Shown here piece after piece: positions 42,176 through 50,718 of a stretch of DNA of 64,000 nucleotides; positions within the stretch are counted from its first letter, which is position 1; each line of letters starts with the position of its first letter. A program made the translations under genes and the position numbers. Origin of the DNA: Planctomycetota bacterium (GTDB lineage Bacteria; Planctomycetota; Phycisphaerae; Sedimentisphaerales; Anaerobacaceae); the NCBI GenBank assembly GCA_023481165.1, contig JAMCWO010000191.1, forward strand, positions 1,434-65,433, in the 5' to 3' direction. The notes under the pieces are model-generated. The model had not been told where the DNA came from. It searched no databases and saw nothing but the letters and a program-made list of their open reading frames with translations.

Positions 42176-43510
42176 TCAGCCGCAGTTGTCGGCGGGAGCG
42201 TCACGCCCGGCGGCGCTGACCAGCGCCTCCGACAGCCTCTTGCGGCGAAACTTGCGGGGGACGACCCGCAGGCCCCCCCGCTCGATCGCGGCCCCGCCCT
42301 GGAGACCGTCCGGCGCATTCTGTCGCGCCCAGTCCGCCAGGGTGGGCACGCGTCCGCCGCCGAATTTGCCGGACCAATCGAGACCGACGGTGGAAGCCGC
42401 CGTGGTCATCGGCACCCCCCCGCCCATGATCCAGGCCGCGCCGCAGGGATGAATATGCACCGGCAGACGGTCGAACTCATCTTCGATCTCGCCCACCAGC
42501 TCTTCGATCACGTCCTCCAGTGTCACCAGGCCCAGGACTGTCCCCTCCGGGGAGACGACCAGGACGATGTGCGTCTTTTGCTGGATCATCATCTCCAGCA
42601 GGTTCGACAGCGCCATATCCTCCCGGACCTTCTTGATCGGCCGGGAGATCCCCTTGAGGCTCGGGTCCTTGGGATTGACTCGCATCGCCGCGACGATGTC
42701 CTTGAAGTTGACGTAGGTCTCCACGCTTTGCGGATCGTTCGGGACCGCACAGACGGGAAAGCGCGTGTGCATGTCCATGTGCGCCTGGACCAGCGCCTCC
42801 ATCAGGCTGCTGCCCGCGTAGATCATCGACATATCCTGCGCCGGGATCACGATGTCGCGCACCGGCCGAACCGACATTTGCGCCGCCGCCAGCACGATCT
42901 TCTCTTCCCGCTCGCCCAGGAGCTTGGACGTGCGGGCCAGCGACACCGCGGCGCGCAGCTCATGCAGCCACTGGCTCCGGGCCCCGGTTTGCGCCCGCGG
43001 GTGGTGCGGCAGCAGGCTGACCACCGCTTTGACCGCGCCTTCGATCAGCCAGACCACCGGATAGGCCGCCCGGGCCAGAACCCGCATGGGCGGCGACAGA
43101 CGCAGCACCACCCACTCGTTGTTGTGCAGCGCGATCATCTTCGGGACCAGCTCGGCGAAGACGATCGTCACAAACGTCAGGGGCACGACCAACACCGCCA
43201 GCGCCACGATATCGGCCAGGGTTCGGGACAGGCCCAATTGTTGCAGGTAAGGCGCGAACTTGGCCTGCATGCCGGCCCCGCCCGTCGCCGCGGCGACGGC
43301 CCCGACCACGGTGATCCCCACCTGTACCACGGCCAGACTCGCCTCCATCCGGTCCTTCATGAAGACGGCGTCCGCCGCCCCCTTCCTGCGCTCGTGCAGC
43401 AGGATGGCCAGTCGGGCCCGCGAGATCGACGCCAGTCCCATCTCGTACGCCGCAAAGACGGCGTTGAAGACCAGCATCGCACCGATGACAGCCAACTCGT
43501 ACAAAAACAT
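42176..43510 (-). CDS. CNNM/DUF21 - CBS - CorC_HlyC family transporter
   Basis: The N-terminal four-TM DUF21 begins MFLYELAVIGAMLVFNAVFAAYEMGLASISRARL. It is followed by a CBS pair and a C-terminal CorC/HlyC-like domain. Confidence 0.8.
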   Translation of the reverse strand: MFLYELAVIGAMLVFNAVFAAYEMGLASISRARLAILLHERRKGAADAVFMKDRMEASLAVVQVGITVVGAVAAATGGAGMQAKFAPYLQQLGLSRTLADIVALAVLVVPLTFVTIVFAELVPKMIALHNNEWVVLRLSPPMRVLARAAYPVVWLIEGAVKAVVSLLPHHPRAQTGARSQWLHELRAAVSLARTSKLLGEREEKIVLAAAQMSVRPVRDIVIPAQDMSMIYAGSSLMEALVQAHMDMHTRFPVCAVPNDPQSVETYVNFKDIVAAMRVNPKDPSLKGISRPIKKVREDMALSNLLEMMIQQKTHIVLVVSPEGTVLGLVTLEDVIEELVGEIEDEFDRLPVHIHPCGAAWIMGGGVPMTTAASTVGLDWSGKFGGGRVPTLADWARQNAPDGLQGGAAIERGGLRVVPRKFRRKRLSEALVSAAGRDAPADNCG

Positions 43511-43540
43511 CGGACACCCTTCATGGATGATGGTTCATCA

Positions 43541-44518
43541 TCAATAATCCATCTGTAGTGCCTGCCGCGCTGCGTCGCAATCCTTGGCAATTTGCGCGAC
43601 CAGTTCTTCCGGCGTGTTGAATTTGTGCTGGCTCCGCAGGTGCTGCACGAAATCCATCGCCATCCACTGCCCCATCAGGTCGCCCACGTTCCCAATCAGC
43701 AGATGGGCCTCGATCAGCAGCGGATGCTGGTCCCCGAACGTGCGGGCCTGTCCGAGGCTGAACACGGCCGGAATATGCTCCTGCTTTTGCAGAAGCTCCT
43801 CCCGCGTCGGGGCCGTCTCGACCAGACCGGCGTAGACACCCTCCGCCGGCAGGATCTGCTCGGGCCTGCTCAGGTTGAGCGTCGGAAAGCCCAGCTTTCG
43901 GCCGCGCCCCCAGCCGGAGACGATCGGGCCCAGGAGGCGGTACGGCCGCGATAACGCCCGGGCGGCCTCCGCCACGTGGCCGCCCTCGATCATGTAACGA
44001 ATGATCGTGCTCGAAACCCGCAGGGTCTGCCCGGTCGTCAATTCGATCTGCCGGGACGGAACCACGACGACCTCGAAGCCCTTTTCCCGCCCGAATTGGG
44101 CCAAAGTCCGGACATCCCCGGCCCGGCCCGCGCCAAAGTGGAAGTCCTCCCCCTCCACGATGGCCGCCGGCCGGATCGCCGCCATCAGGAACTCGTCCAC
44201 GAACTGCGCCGGCGACAGCTTCAAAAGGTCGCGGTTGTCCTCCAGAACGATGATGCAGTTGTCGGCATACTCCTGCAACAGGTGCAGTTTCAGCGGCAGC
44301 GGCGTGAGCACCCCCGGCGCTTGCTCCGGATGGAGGATGGCGACCGGGTGCGGCTCGAAGGTCATCACGACCATCTCGACGCCGCGCTGGGCCGCAATCC
44401 GGCGGGCCGTCCGCAGGATCTCCTGGTGCCCCACGTGCACGCCATCGAAGTTGCCGATGGTCAGGATACACCCCGCCTGGACCTGCCCGAATTCTGCGAA
44501 TCGCTCCAGAATCTTCAT
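43541..44518 (-). CDS. ribF: bifunctional riboflavin kinase / FMN adenylyltransferase
   Basis: LTIGNFDGVHVGHQEIL (FAD synthetase motif). The C-terminal riboflavin kinase segment includes GFPTLNL ... EAHLL. Confidence 0.9.
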   Translation of the reverse strand: MKILERFAEFGQVQAGCILTIGNFDGVHVGHQEILRTARRIAAQRGVEMVVMTFEPHPVAILHPEQAPGVLTPLPLKLHLLQEYADNCIIVLEDNRDLLKLSPAQFVDEFLMAAIRPAAIVEGEDFHFGAGRAGDVRTLAQFGREKGFEVVVVPSRQIELTTGQTLRVSSTIIRYMIEGGHVAEAARALSRPYRLLGPIVSGWGRGRKLGFPTLNLSRPEQILPAEGVYAGLVETAPTREELLQKQEHIPAVFSLGQARTFGDQHPLLIEAHLLIGNVGDLMGQWMAMDFVQHLRSQHKFNTPEELVAQIAKDCDAARQALQMDY

Positions 44519-44692
44519 GATCCAACCATCTCACAGAGTCGTCGTCCGCGCCCTGTACATCCTATGCTCCCTGGGGGCCGCTTGTGCGACGACCGCCATA
44601 GTATACCGTGGACCCGCCGAAGCGGACAGAACCTGGGGGCAATTTGCTTCCGCGGCGTGCGACTACATTTTGTGGGGCCGGACCATCACGCT

Positions 44693-44788
44693 TGTCATCC
44701 TGAGCGTCAGCGAAGGATCTGGGCCGCGCACGAGAGGGGGCGCAGGTTCCGTTCGCTGGCCAGGTGCTTCGCTTCGCTCAGCATGACA
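44693..44788. mobile_element. MITE-like element, TGTCATCCTGA family (copy B, degenerate right arm)
   Basis: TGTCATCCTGAGCGTCAGCGAAGGATCTGGGCCGCG ... GCTTCGCTCAGCATGACA. Confidence 0.6.
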
Positions 44789-44874
44789 AACGCAGGCTGG
44801 GCCCCACGAAGATCAGTCGCACACTTTCCGGGCCGGCCGGGCAGGGTGAGAAGAGGGGAGACGTGCGGCACAGA

Positions 44875-45501
44875 TCAGTGCGGGAGGCTGTTCGGCGCGG
44901 CGGGCGGCAGAGGGTCTGCGGCATGGCCGTAACCCGGATAGAGAACCCGCATTTCCTTGAGATTCAATTCGGTTTTGTCCGAGTCGCCGACCTTCTGATA
45001 GCACAGGACCAGCATGTCCAGGGCGTCGCGATGATAGGAGCTTCGTCCCAGGACACCGTCCTTGGCGCGAGCCGCACCGAGCCGGCGCACCTGCTCCAGG
45101 TAGGGAATCGCCATTTGGTGCTTGCCATCCTCCACGTACATCGTCGCCAGCTCGTAATGGGCCACTTGATTGGTGGCGTCGGCGTGCACGGCCTTCTCGT
45201 ACGCGGCGTGGGCCATCGCGCGATCGCCCTCGCTCTTGTAGAGGCGCGCCAATTGGCACCAGGCATCACTGTTGTCGTCATCAATCAGCAGGGCCTTCTC
45301 GCACTGCCGCTGGCACTCTTCGGCCATCCCGGCCGCGGAGTAAGCCTCGGCCCGGCTGAGGATCTGGTCCACCATCACCGGCCGCAGCACGACCAGCGCG
45401 ACGATCACAATGATGATGCTGTAGCAGCTCTTGGCGGCCACTTCCTTGCGCTGCTGCCAGCGTTCCCGGCGTTGATGAGAGAGGATCAGGCGGTCTTCCA
45501 C
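44875..45501 (-). CDS. TPR-repeat protein with an N-terminal membrane anchor
   Basis: GTG start and TM helix SIIIVIVALVVLRPV. TPR-like repeats include AWCQLARLYKSEGDRAMAHAAYEKAV and AHYELATMYVEDGKHQMAIPYLEQV. Confidence 0.7.
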   Translation of the reverse strand: MEDRLILSHQRRERWQQRKEVAAKSCYSIIIVIVALVVLRPVMVDQILSRAEAYSAAGMAEECQRQCEKALLIDDDNSDAWCQLARLYKSEGDRAMAHAAYEKAVHADATNQVAHYELATMYVEDGKHQMAIPYLEQVRRLGAARAKDGVLGRSSYHRDALDMLVLCYQKVGDSDKTELNLKEMRVLYPGYGHAADPLPPAAPNSLPH

Positions 45502-45510
45502 GGGGCACCT

Positions 45511-46212
45511 TCAACCAACAATGATGAAGTAAATACCGAGCACCACCAGCATATTCCCGGCCAGCAACTGGAGCCGCTGCTCGAGGGAGCACATCTGCGT
45601 CCGGAGCCACAAGACCAGGCTCGGTTTCAACAGAGCGACCAGCAGGCCGAGTCCAAGGGCTATGAGGCTTTGCCCTGCGGCGAAACCGACCAACAGAAGG
45701 AATCCGCCTTGGAGCGGCGCCGCCTCCACGACCGCCAGAAGCTGCCCGCGGCACACCGGGCACGCCGGTGTCTGCAGCAAGCCGAGCACAAGGCCCAAAA
45801 GCAGCGCCCCCGGCACCGTGGTCGGCGCCAACTGCCGGCCGATACGGCGCCATTTCTCCGGCACCAGCGGCAGATTGATCAGACCGGAGACCAGCACCCC
45901 GATGGCGGCCAGGCATGAGCCCAAGATCCAGAACGAGTGCTTGTCCACTTGCAGGACCTTGTGCACGCCGTCGGCCGCCGGTGCCGCGGTCTGCCCGAGG
46001 AGCCACACGCCGCCGGCCAGCCCCAGGGCCAGAAGCACGGCCAGCAGCGCGGCATGCTTCCGGGAGGTTCCTGCACCCGCCACATACGCGGCGACAAGGG
46101 GCAGCCGCACGGCGGCGCATACGTTGAACGCGGCCAGCACGCCCATCCAGAAGACGACCGTCAGCGTCATCTCACCAGGCTGCATCGAAAGGGAATCCGG
46201 AGTCGGAACCAT
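45511..46212 (-). CDS. DsbD_2/CcdA-like polytopic membrane protein
   Basis: About six TM helices, with Cys in TM1 (FNVCAAV) and a CPVC motif (LLQTPACPVCRG). The family assignment is tentative. The start may be a downstream Met. Confidence 0.5.
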   Translation of the reverse strand: MVPTPDSLSMQPGEMTLTVVFWMGVLAAFNVCAAVRLPLVAAYVAGAGTSRKHAALLAVLLALGLAGGVWLLGQTAAPAADGVHKVLQVDKHSFWILGSCLAAIGVLVSGLINLPLVPEKWRRIGRQLAPTTVPGALLLGLVLGLLQTPACPVCRGQLLAVVEAAPLQGGFLLLVGFAAGQSLIALGLGLLVALLKPSLVLWLRTQMCSLEQRLQLLAGNMLVVLGIYFIIVG

Positions 46213-46292
46213 ACTGCCACTCTTTCAAAGAATGTAGGAGCAGTCGCGCGCCCATAAATAAAGTCTACGAAATATCGGTCCGACAAAAAATC

Positions 46293-46307
46293 TGCAACTC
46301 AGTTGCA
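46293..46307. promoter_or_regulatory. perfect 7-1-7 palindrome, candidate operator of the Fur-family regulator
   Basis: TGCAACTcAGTTGCA overlaps the -35 hexamer of the promoter below. It lies 67 nt upstream of the ATG at 46374. Confidence 0.45.
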
Positions 46308-46330
46308 AATTCTGGCCCAGGGTCTATAAT
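46303..46330 (+). promoter_or_regulatory. sigma70-like promoter
   Basis: TTGCAA (46303-46308), a 16-nt spacer, then TATAAT (46325-46330). Confidence 0.55.
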
Positions 46331-46373
46331 ATAGGAGTGGCCACCGCAGCGCAGGCGGCCGGGAGCATGTGGG

Positions 46374-47096
46374 ATGAACAGAAAGCTTTCTACCGTACTC
46401 GAGGAACTGAGGGCTCACATACCCTTCACGCTGTTCGGCTCGCTGACCGGCATCGCGATGATGCTGCTCTTCCGGAACCTGCCCGAGACGACCACGTACC
46501 GGCTCTTCTACGTATTCCATCCCCTGCATGTCGCCCTCTCGGCGATTGTGGCCGGGTCCATCTTCCGGCTGCACGAGAGGACCCGGAGTTTCCTCGTCGT
46601 CCTGCTGGTCGGCTACGTCAGCTCGGTGGGCACGGCAACCGTGAGCAACTCGGTCATACCGTTTTTCGGAGAGAGTCTTCTTGGCGTGGCCATTCCCACC
46701 GAGTCCGAAGTCCACGGCAGCCACGCGCAGGAGGGATCGGACACCGGCGAATCGACCCCGCCCCACGGACCGAGGATCCATCTCGGTTTCATCGAAGAAT
46801 GGTACATTGTCAATCCCGCGGCGGTCCTGGGCATCCTGATCGGTTTCTTCCTGCCGCGGACCAAACTGCCGCACGCGGGCCATATCCTTGTCAGTACCTG
46901 GGCGGCCGCCTCGCATATCCTGATGAACACCCATAGTGACATAACGATTCTGACCATGGTCGGTATGGCCCTGGTGCTCTTCCTCGCGGTCTGGGTGCCC
47001 TGCTGCTCCAGCGACATCATCATGCCGCTGTTGTTTGTACGGTCCACCCATCCGCATCTGGGGCATCACCACGCCGAAGAGGAGGTGCACGCATGA
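46374..47096 (+). CDS. His-rich polytopic membrane protein, putative metal transporter (family not recognised)
   Basis: About six TM helices, with His in the membrane (FHPLHVALS, HAGHILVSTWAAASHILMN). An acidic/His loop reads ESEVHGSHAQEGSDTGESTPPHGPRIH. The tail reads THPHLGHHHAEEEVHA. The stop overlaps the Fur-family start (ATGA). Confidence 0.6.
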   Translation: MNRKLSTVLEELRAHIPFTLFGSLTGIAMMLLFRNLPETTTYRLFYVFHPLHVALSAIVAGSIFRLHERTRSFLVVLLVGYVSSVGTATVSNSVIPFFGESLLGVAIPTESEVHGSHAQEGSDTGESTPPHGPRIHLGFIEEWYIVNPAAVLGILIGFFLPRTKLPHAGHILVSTWAAASHILMNTHSDITILTMVGMALVLFLAVWVPCCSSDIIMPLLFVRSTHPHLGHHHAEEEVHA

Positions 47097-47515
47097 CCAG
47101 TCCGTTGCGGGACAGAGCCAGACAGATGCTGAAGGACGCCGGGCTCTACTGCACCGAGCCCCGGCTCGCCATCCTGCAAGTCCTGATGCAGGCGGCCCGC
47201 CCCCTTCGCCAGGACCAGATCGGCGAAAAATTGACCCTGCGGGCGCTGAACAAGGTCACCGTCTATCGGACGCTCGAATCGCTGATCGAAGTTGGGCTGG
47301 TCCACCGGGCGTTCACGTACCGGCGCGCGGGGTACTTCGAGCTGGCCGACCACTGCACGGAACATCAGTGCCATCCGCACTTTACGTGCACCCAATGCGG
47401 CGTGACACACTGCCTCACGGATATCCTGCTGCCCCTGGCCAAGATCGCGCAAAAGGGCTTCGTTATCAACCGCCAGCAGGTGCGGCTGGAGGGCCTGTGC
47501 CCGGCCTGTGCCTGA
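47093..47515 (+). CDS. Fur-family metalloregulator
   Basis: The winged-helix region is EPRLAILQVLMQAARPLRQDQIGEKL ... VTVYRTLESLIEVGLV. The metal/structural sites are HCTEHQCHPHFTCTQCG and CPAC. GAGGAGGTG is the SD. Confidence 0.85.
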   Translation: MTSPLRDRARQMLKDAGLYCTEPRLAILQVLMQAARPLRQDQIGEKLTLRALNKVTVYRTLESLIEVGLVHRAFTYRRAGYFELADHCTEHQCHPHFTCTQCGVTHCLTDILLPLAKIAQKGFVINRQQVRLEGLCPACA

Positions 47516-47594
47516 CCTTCCCCGGGCCGAACTCTCAAAATTCCGCCAAGAAGTCTAAACCCTTAGCCACCCAATTTCCGATAATAGTCGCTAT

Positions 47595-48587
47595 ATGAGC
47601 ACAAGAACGAATTTATCGGCCGTGCCACTGGATGTCGTGGCCGGGACGTCGAAGCGGCGGCCCGCCATGGTGCGTCCTCTATCCTCCGTGATTGCCTTGG
47701 GATTGCTGGCCCTGGGGATCGCCGGCTGCCAGCAGCCGCAGCAGCAGACGCCCAAGGTCATCGTCGGCGAGCACGCCACGACCATTGAGGATCTGGCCAC
47801 GCGCCTGGGCCTGCGGATCGAAGAGCGGGACAAGACGTTCATCGTTCTCAAGAACGCGGCGAACACGGTGATCCTCTTCACTCATGCCGAGGGGCGATTC
47901 TTCGTCAACGGCAAGCCCATGGGCAACGTCGGGGAGATCAAATGGCAAGGGGACACCCTGCTCGTATCCGATTTCCTGATCCCCCAGATCCGGCAGTATC
48001 TGCGTGCGGCCGTCCCGCCGTCACCGGTGGTCCCCCCCAGTCCTGTCAAATCAAAGGCCCTGGTGGTCGTCGACGCCGGCCATGGCGGCCAGGATCCCGG
48101 CGCCCGGAGTGTCGGCGGCTTTCATGAAAAGGACATCAATCTGGCCGTGGCCCTCAAGGTCGCCGATCTCCTCGAACAAAGGGGAATCGGGGTCCTCATG
48201 ACGCGCCAGCAGGATCGGTTCATCGAGCTGGAGGAGCGGGCGAATATCGCCAATCGGCGCAACGCCGACTTGTTCGTCAGTATCCATTCCGACTCCAACC
48301 CCGACCGAAGCCGCCAGGGCTTCACCGTCTTCGTCGCGCGCGCCGCCTCGGCCGAGGCTTACCGCGCCGCCAACTGTATCGGCCAGGCCATGGCCGCCAC
48401 CGGCGCCGACAGTCACGGCGTCCGCGAAGCGGACTACAAGGTCCTGGTCAACACGAGCGGTCCGGCTGTCCTGGTGGAGATCGGCTACCTCTCCAACATC
48501 CAGGACACCGCCCGCCTGCGCGACCCCGCCTGGCAAAACCGCCTCGCCCAAGCCGTCGCCGCCGGCATTCTGACTTACATGCGATAG
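47595..48587 (+). CDS. N-acetylmuramoyl-L-alanine amidase (Amidase_3), lipoprotein
   Basis: Lipobox LALGIAGC. VVVDAGHGGQDPGA ... NLAVALKVADLL ... ADLFVSIHSDS. Confidence 0.85.
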   Translation: MSTRTNLSAVPLDVVAGTSKRRPAMVRPLSSVIALGLLALGIAGCQQPQQQTPKVIVGEHATTIEDLATRLGLRIEERDKTFIVLKNAANTVILFTHAEGRFFVNGKPMGNVGEIKWQGDTLLVSDFLIPQIRQYLRAAVPPSPVVPPSPVKSKALVVVDAGHGGQDPGARSVGGFHEKDINLAVALKVADLLEQRGIGVLMTRQQDRFIELEERANIANRRNADLFVSIHSDSNPDRSRQGFTVFVARAASAEAYRAANCIGQAMAATGADSHGVREADYKVLVNTSGPAVLVEIGYLSNIQDTARLRDPAWQNRLAQAVAAGILTYMR

Positions 48588-48623
48588 GTTCGGGCTTATC
48601 GGTCGGTGCCCTCATCGACGACG

Positions 48624-48770
48624 CTATCGACGACGGTCGACCACTTTGAACGGGTGCTCCTTCTCCCATCGGCGTAGATCTTCCACAATCTTCTTCAGAT
48701 CGTGCTGATGCTCTGCCACATACGCATCGCGGTTCCGCCACACCTCGGCAATGATCTCATCCTTGTACAT
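48624..48770 (-). CDS. small (48 aa) hypothetical protein, below the ORF-track threshold
   Basis: My own translation is MYKDEIIAEVWRNRDAYVAEHQHDLKKIVEDLRRWEKEHPFKVVDRRR. The composition is helical and charged, like small antitoxin-type proteins. Confidence 0.4.
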   Translation of the reverse strand: MYKDEIIAEVWRNRDAYVAEHQHDLKKIVEDLRRWEKEHPFKVVDRRR

Positions 48771-48863
48771 CGGAGAGATCCTCTGAAAGCAACGCTACCA
48801 GCATGCAGATCTTCAGAGGGAATAGCCCCTTGCACGCACGAAACAGATAGTTGAGCAGGTGGA

Positions 48864-49082
48864 TCAGACACGCACAGATGGACCGACGCCCTCGAGCACC
48901 ACTTGACGCAAGGTGTCTTGCCCGCCGAAGCGCCGGACGGCGTCCAAGATCTCCAAGCCGACCAAGCGATTCTCGCTATCGTACTCGGCGGCGATACCTT
49001 CGGCCAGATGTTTGGTCGTCACGGTCGTATCGCGGAAGGTGATGCTCAATGCATCAACTTCGGGATCATAGGTTATCTTCAT
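48864..49082 (-). CDS. DUF2283 domain protein (antitoxin-like)
   Basis: MKITYDPEVDALSITFRD ... LVGLEILDA is the characteristic DUF2283 pattern. Confidence 0.75.
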   Translation of the reverse strand: MKITYDPEVDALSITFRDTTVTTKHLAEGIAAEYDSENRLVGLEILDAVRRFGGQDTLRQVVLEGVGPSVRV

Positions 49083-49095
49083 AGGGCACCTTGCC

Positions 49096-49350
49096 TCAAT
49101 AATAATAGACGTAGATGGTAATCACAATAATTTCGTCCGCCCCTTCTATGAAGATCGGACGCACCTGCTTGGTGGCGTACCAACGTCCGTTCCCGTCGTC
49201 ATTGAAAGGGAACTCCTTACGGCTACCCAGTCGGCCCAGTTCTGCCTGTTCCCGGCGGCCGGCGCGAATCGCCTCCTCCACTTCGGCAACCGTGAACCCA
49301 CGCCTCGCGAGATAGCTCGCGGCGTGGGCGGACAGACGGATTGGTTTCAT
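49096..49350 (-). CDS. DUF4258-like small protein (toxin-like partner of DUF2283)
   Basis: Only the last 84 codons of ORF 49096-50124 are credible. They begin at MKPIRLSAHAASYLARRGFTVAEVEEAI and end in IIVITIYVYYY. The rest of that ORF is antisense to the isomerase gene. Confidence 0.55.
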   Translation of the reverse strand: MKPIRLSAHAASYLARRGFTVAEVEEAIRAGRREQAELGRLGSRKEFPFNDDGNGRWYATKQVRPIFIEGADEIIVITIYVYYY

Positions 49351-49458
49351 TGCGAGCCTCCCGCGATAATCCGATTCTCCTCGGCCGTCCCGAGTTCGCC
49401 AAATCATACACAACCGCAGGTATATCGACAAGCGACAGGCTCTGGTAGAATGGGCGGC

Positions 49459-50406
49459 ATGGACGTCTATCCTTTGAAATCGGTGCCGGTGTTCAAGCCG
49501 CGGATCTGGGGCGGGCGGAGACTGGCGGAGGTCTTTGGCAAGGAGCTTCCGCCGGACCAGAAGATCGGCGAGAGCTGGGAGATTGCTGACCTGCCCGAGG
49601 GGCAGTCGCGTATTGCCAATGGACCGCTCGCGGGACAGACCCTGGGCGAAGTTGTCCGCCGACATGCGGAGGATATTACCGGGGTACGGGACTTCCCGCC
49701 GCAATTTCCCCTGCTCATCAAGTTGCTCGATGCCCAGGAGGTGCTGAGCGTGCAGGTGCACCCGGACCCCGAGACCTGCCGGCGGATGGGCAAGGGCGAC
49801 CCCAAGACGGAGTGCTGGTACATCATCCAGGCCGAGCCGGGGGCGGTCATCTACAAGGGGTTCAAGAAGGGAGTCACCCGGGAGCGCTTTGCCCGGGCGA
49901 TTGAGGATGGGACCGCGGCCGATTTGCTCGCCGCCGTGGCGGTCCGGCCCGGCGAGTGTCACTTCATCCCCGCCGGCACCGTCCACAGCCTCGGGGCGGG
50001 CCTGCTGATCGCCGAGGTCCAGACGCCCTCCGATACCACCTACCGCGTCTTCGACTGGAATCGGGTGGATGATTCGGGCCGGCCTCGGCCGTTGCACATC
50101 GCCGAGGCCCTGGAGAGCATCCATTTCGACGTCACGCCCGACAAGCTGCCGGTGACGACGGTCGGCCGCCTGGTCGACTGCGAGTACTTCAAGGTGGACA
50201 AGGGCCCTCAGACCCGCCGGGGCGAATTGCTCCTCGGCCGGGGGTGTTTGCGTGTGCTGATCTTCCTCACCGGCGGCGGCACGACCCTATCGCGCAAAGC
50301 CGAGCCGGTTCCGTTCCAGGCCGGGGACTGCCTGCTGATTCCCGCGACATTCGCAGGGGCGGCCCAATTCACGCAAGATACCGAGTACCTGACGGTGACC
50401 ATCTGA
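49459..50406 (+). CDS. manA: class I mannose-6-phosphate isomerase
   Basis: MDVYPLKSVPVFKPRIWGG ... GESWEIADLPEG ... LIKLLDAQEVLSVQVHPD ... HFIPAGTVHSLG. An alternative ATG lies at 49450. Confidence 0.85.
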   Translation: MDVYPLKSVPVFKPRIWGGRRLAEVFGKELPPDQKIGESWEIADLPEGQSRIANGPLAGQTLGEVVRRHAEDITGVRDFPPQFPLLIKLLDAQEVLSVQVHPDPETCRRMGKGDPKTECWYIIQAEPGAVIYKGFKKGVTRERFARAIEDGTAADLLAAVAVRPGECHFIPAGTVHSLGAGLLIAEVQTPSDTTYRVFDWNRVDDSGRPRPLHIAEALESIHFDVTPDKLPVTTVGRLVDCEYFKVDKGPQTRRGELLLGRGCLRVLIFLTGGGTTLSRKAEPVPFQAGDCLLIPATFAGAAQFTQDTEYLTVTI

Positions 50407-50487
50407 AATGGCAGCGTGCCATCGCAGAGGATCTCTTGGAACGTGTATGAGAAATGCCACGGGCGTTCTGCCCGCGCAGCTTGGTGG

Positions 50488-50528
50488 CATCGGCATCCTG
50501 CCGATGATTCATGGGCTGGAAGCCCATG
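50488..50528. repeat. double hairpin between convergent genes
   Basis: CATCGGCAtccTGCCGATG (50488-50506) and CATGGGCtggaaGCCCATG (50510-50528). Confidence 0.65.
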
Positions 50529-50541
50529 CCACGGTTCTGCA

Positions 50542-50718
50542 CTACGACGCGTCTTTCGGGCCCGAGAGCCGGCGGAGCATGCCGCGAATGTCGCCCACGC
50601 CTTTGATCGCGATGTAGATCGTAATCGTGGAATACCAGGTGAGGCAGGCGAGGGTGATCGCGCCCCAGAACCAGTGGTTCGTGAGCATTGCTTTGATGCC
50701 GTCGATGATGGGTGTCAT
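50542..50718 (-). CDS. small (58 aa) membrane protein translationally coupled to the symporter
   Basis: MTPIIDGIKAMLTNHWFWGAITLACLTWYSTITIYIAIKGV. The ATG at 50718 overlaps the symporter stop (ATGA). Confidence 0.55.
   Translation of the reverse strand: MTPIIDGIKAMLTNHWFWGAITLACLTWYSTITIYIAIKGVGDIRGMLRRLSGPKDAS

Noticed and set aside
49351-50124. The upstream 258 codons of ORF 49096-50124 on the minus strand.
   Set aside because: This part is antisense to the well-supported mannose-6-phosphate isomerase gene and is compositionally biased. Only the final 84 codons form a credible small protein.
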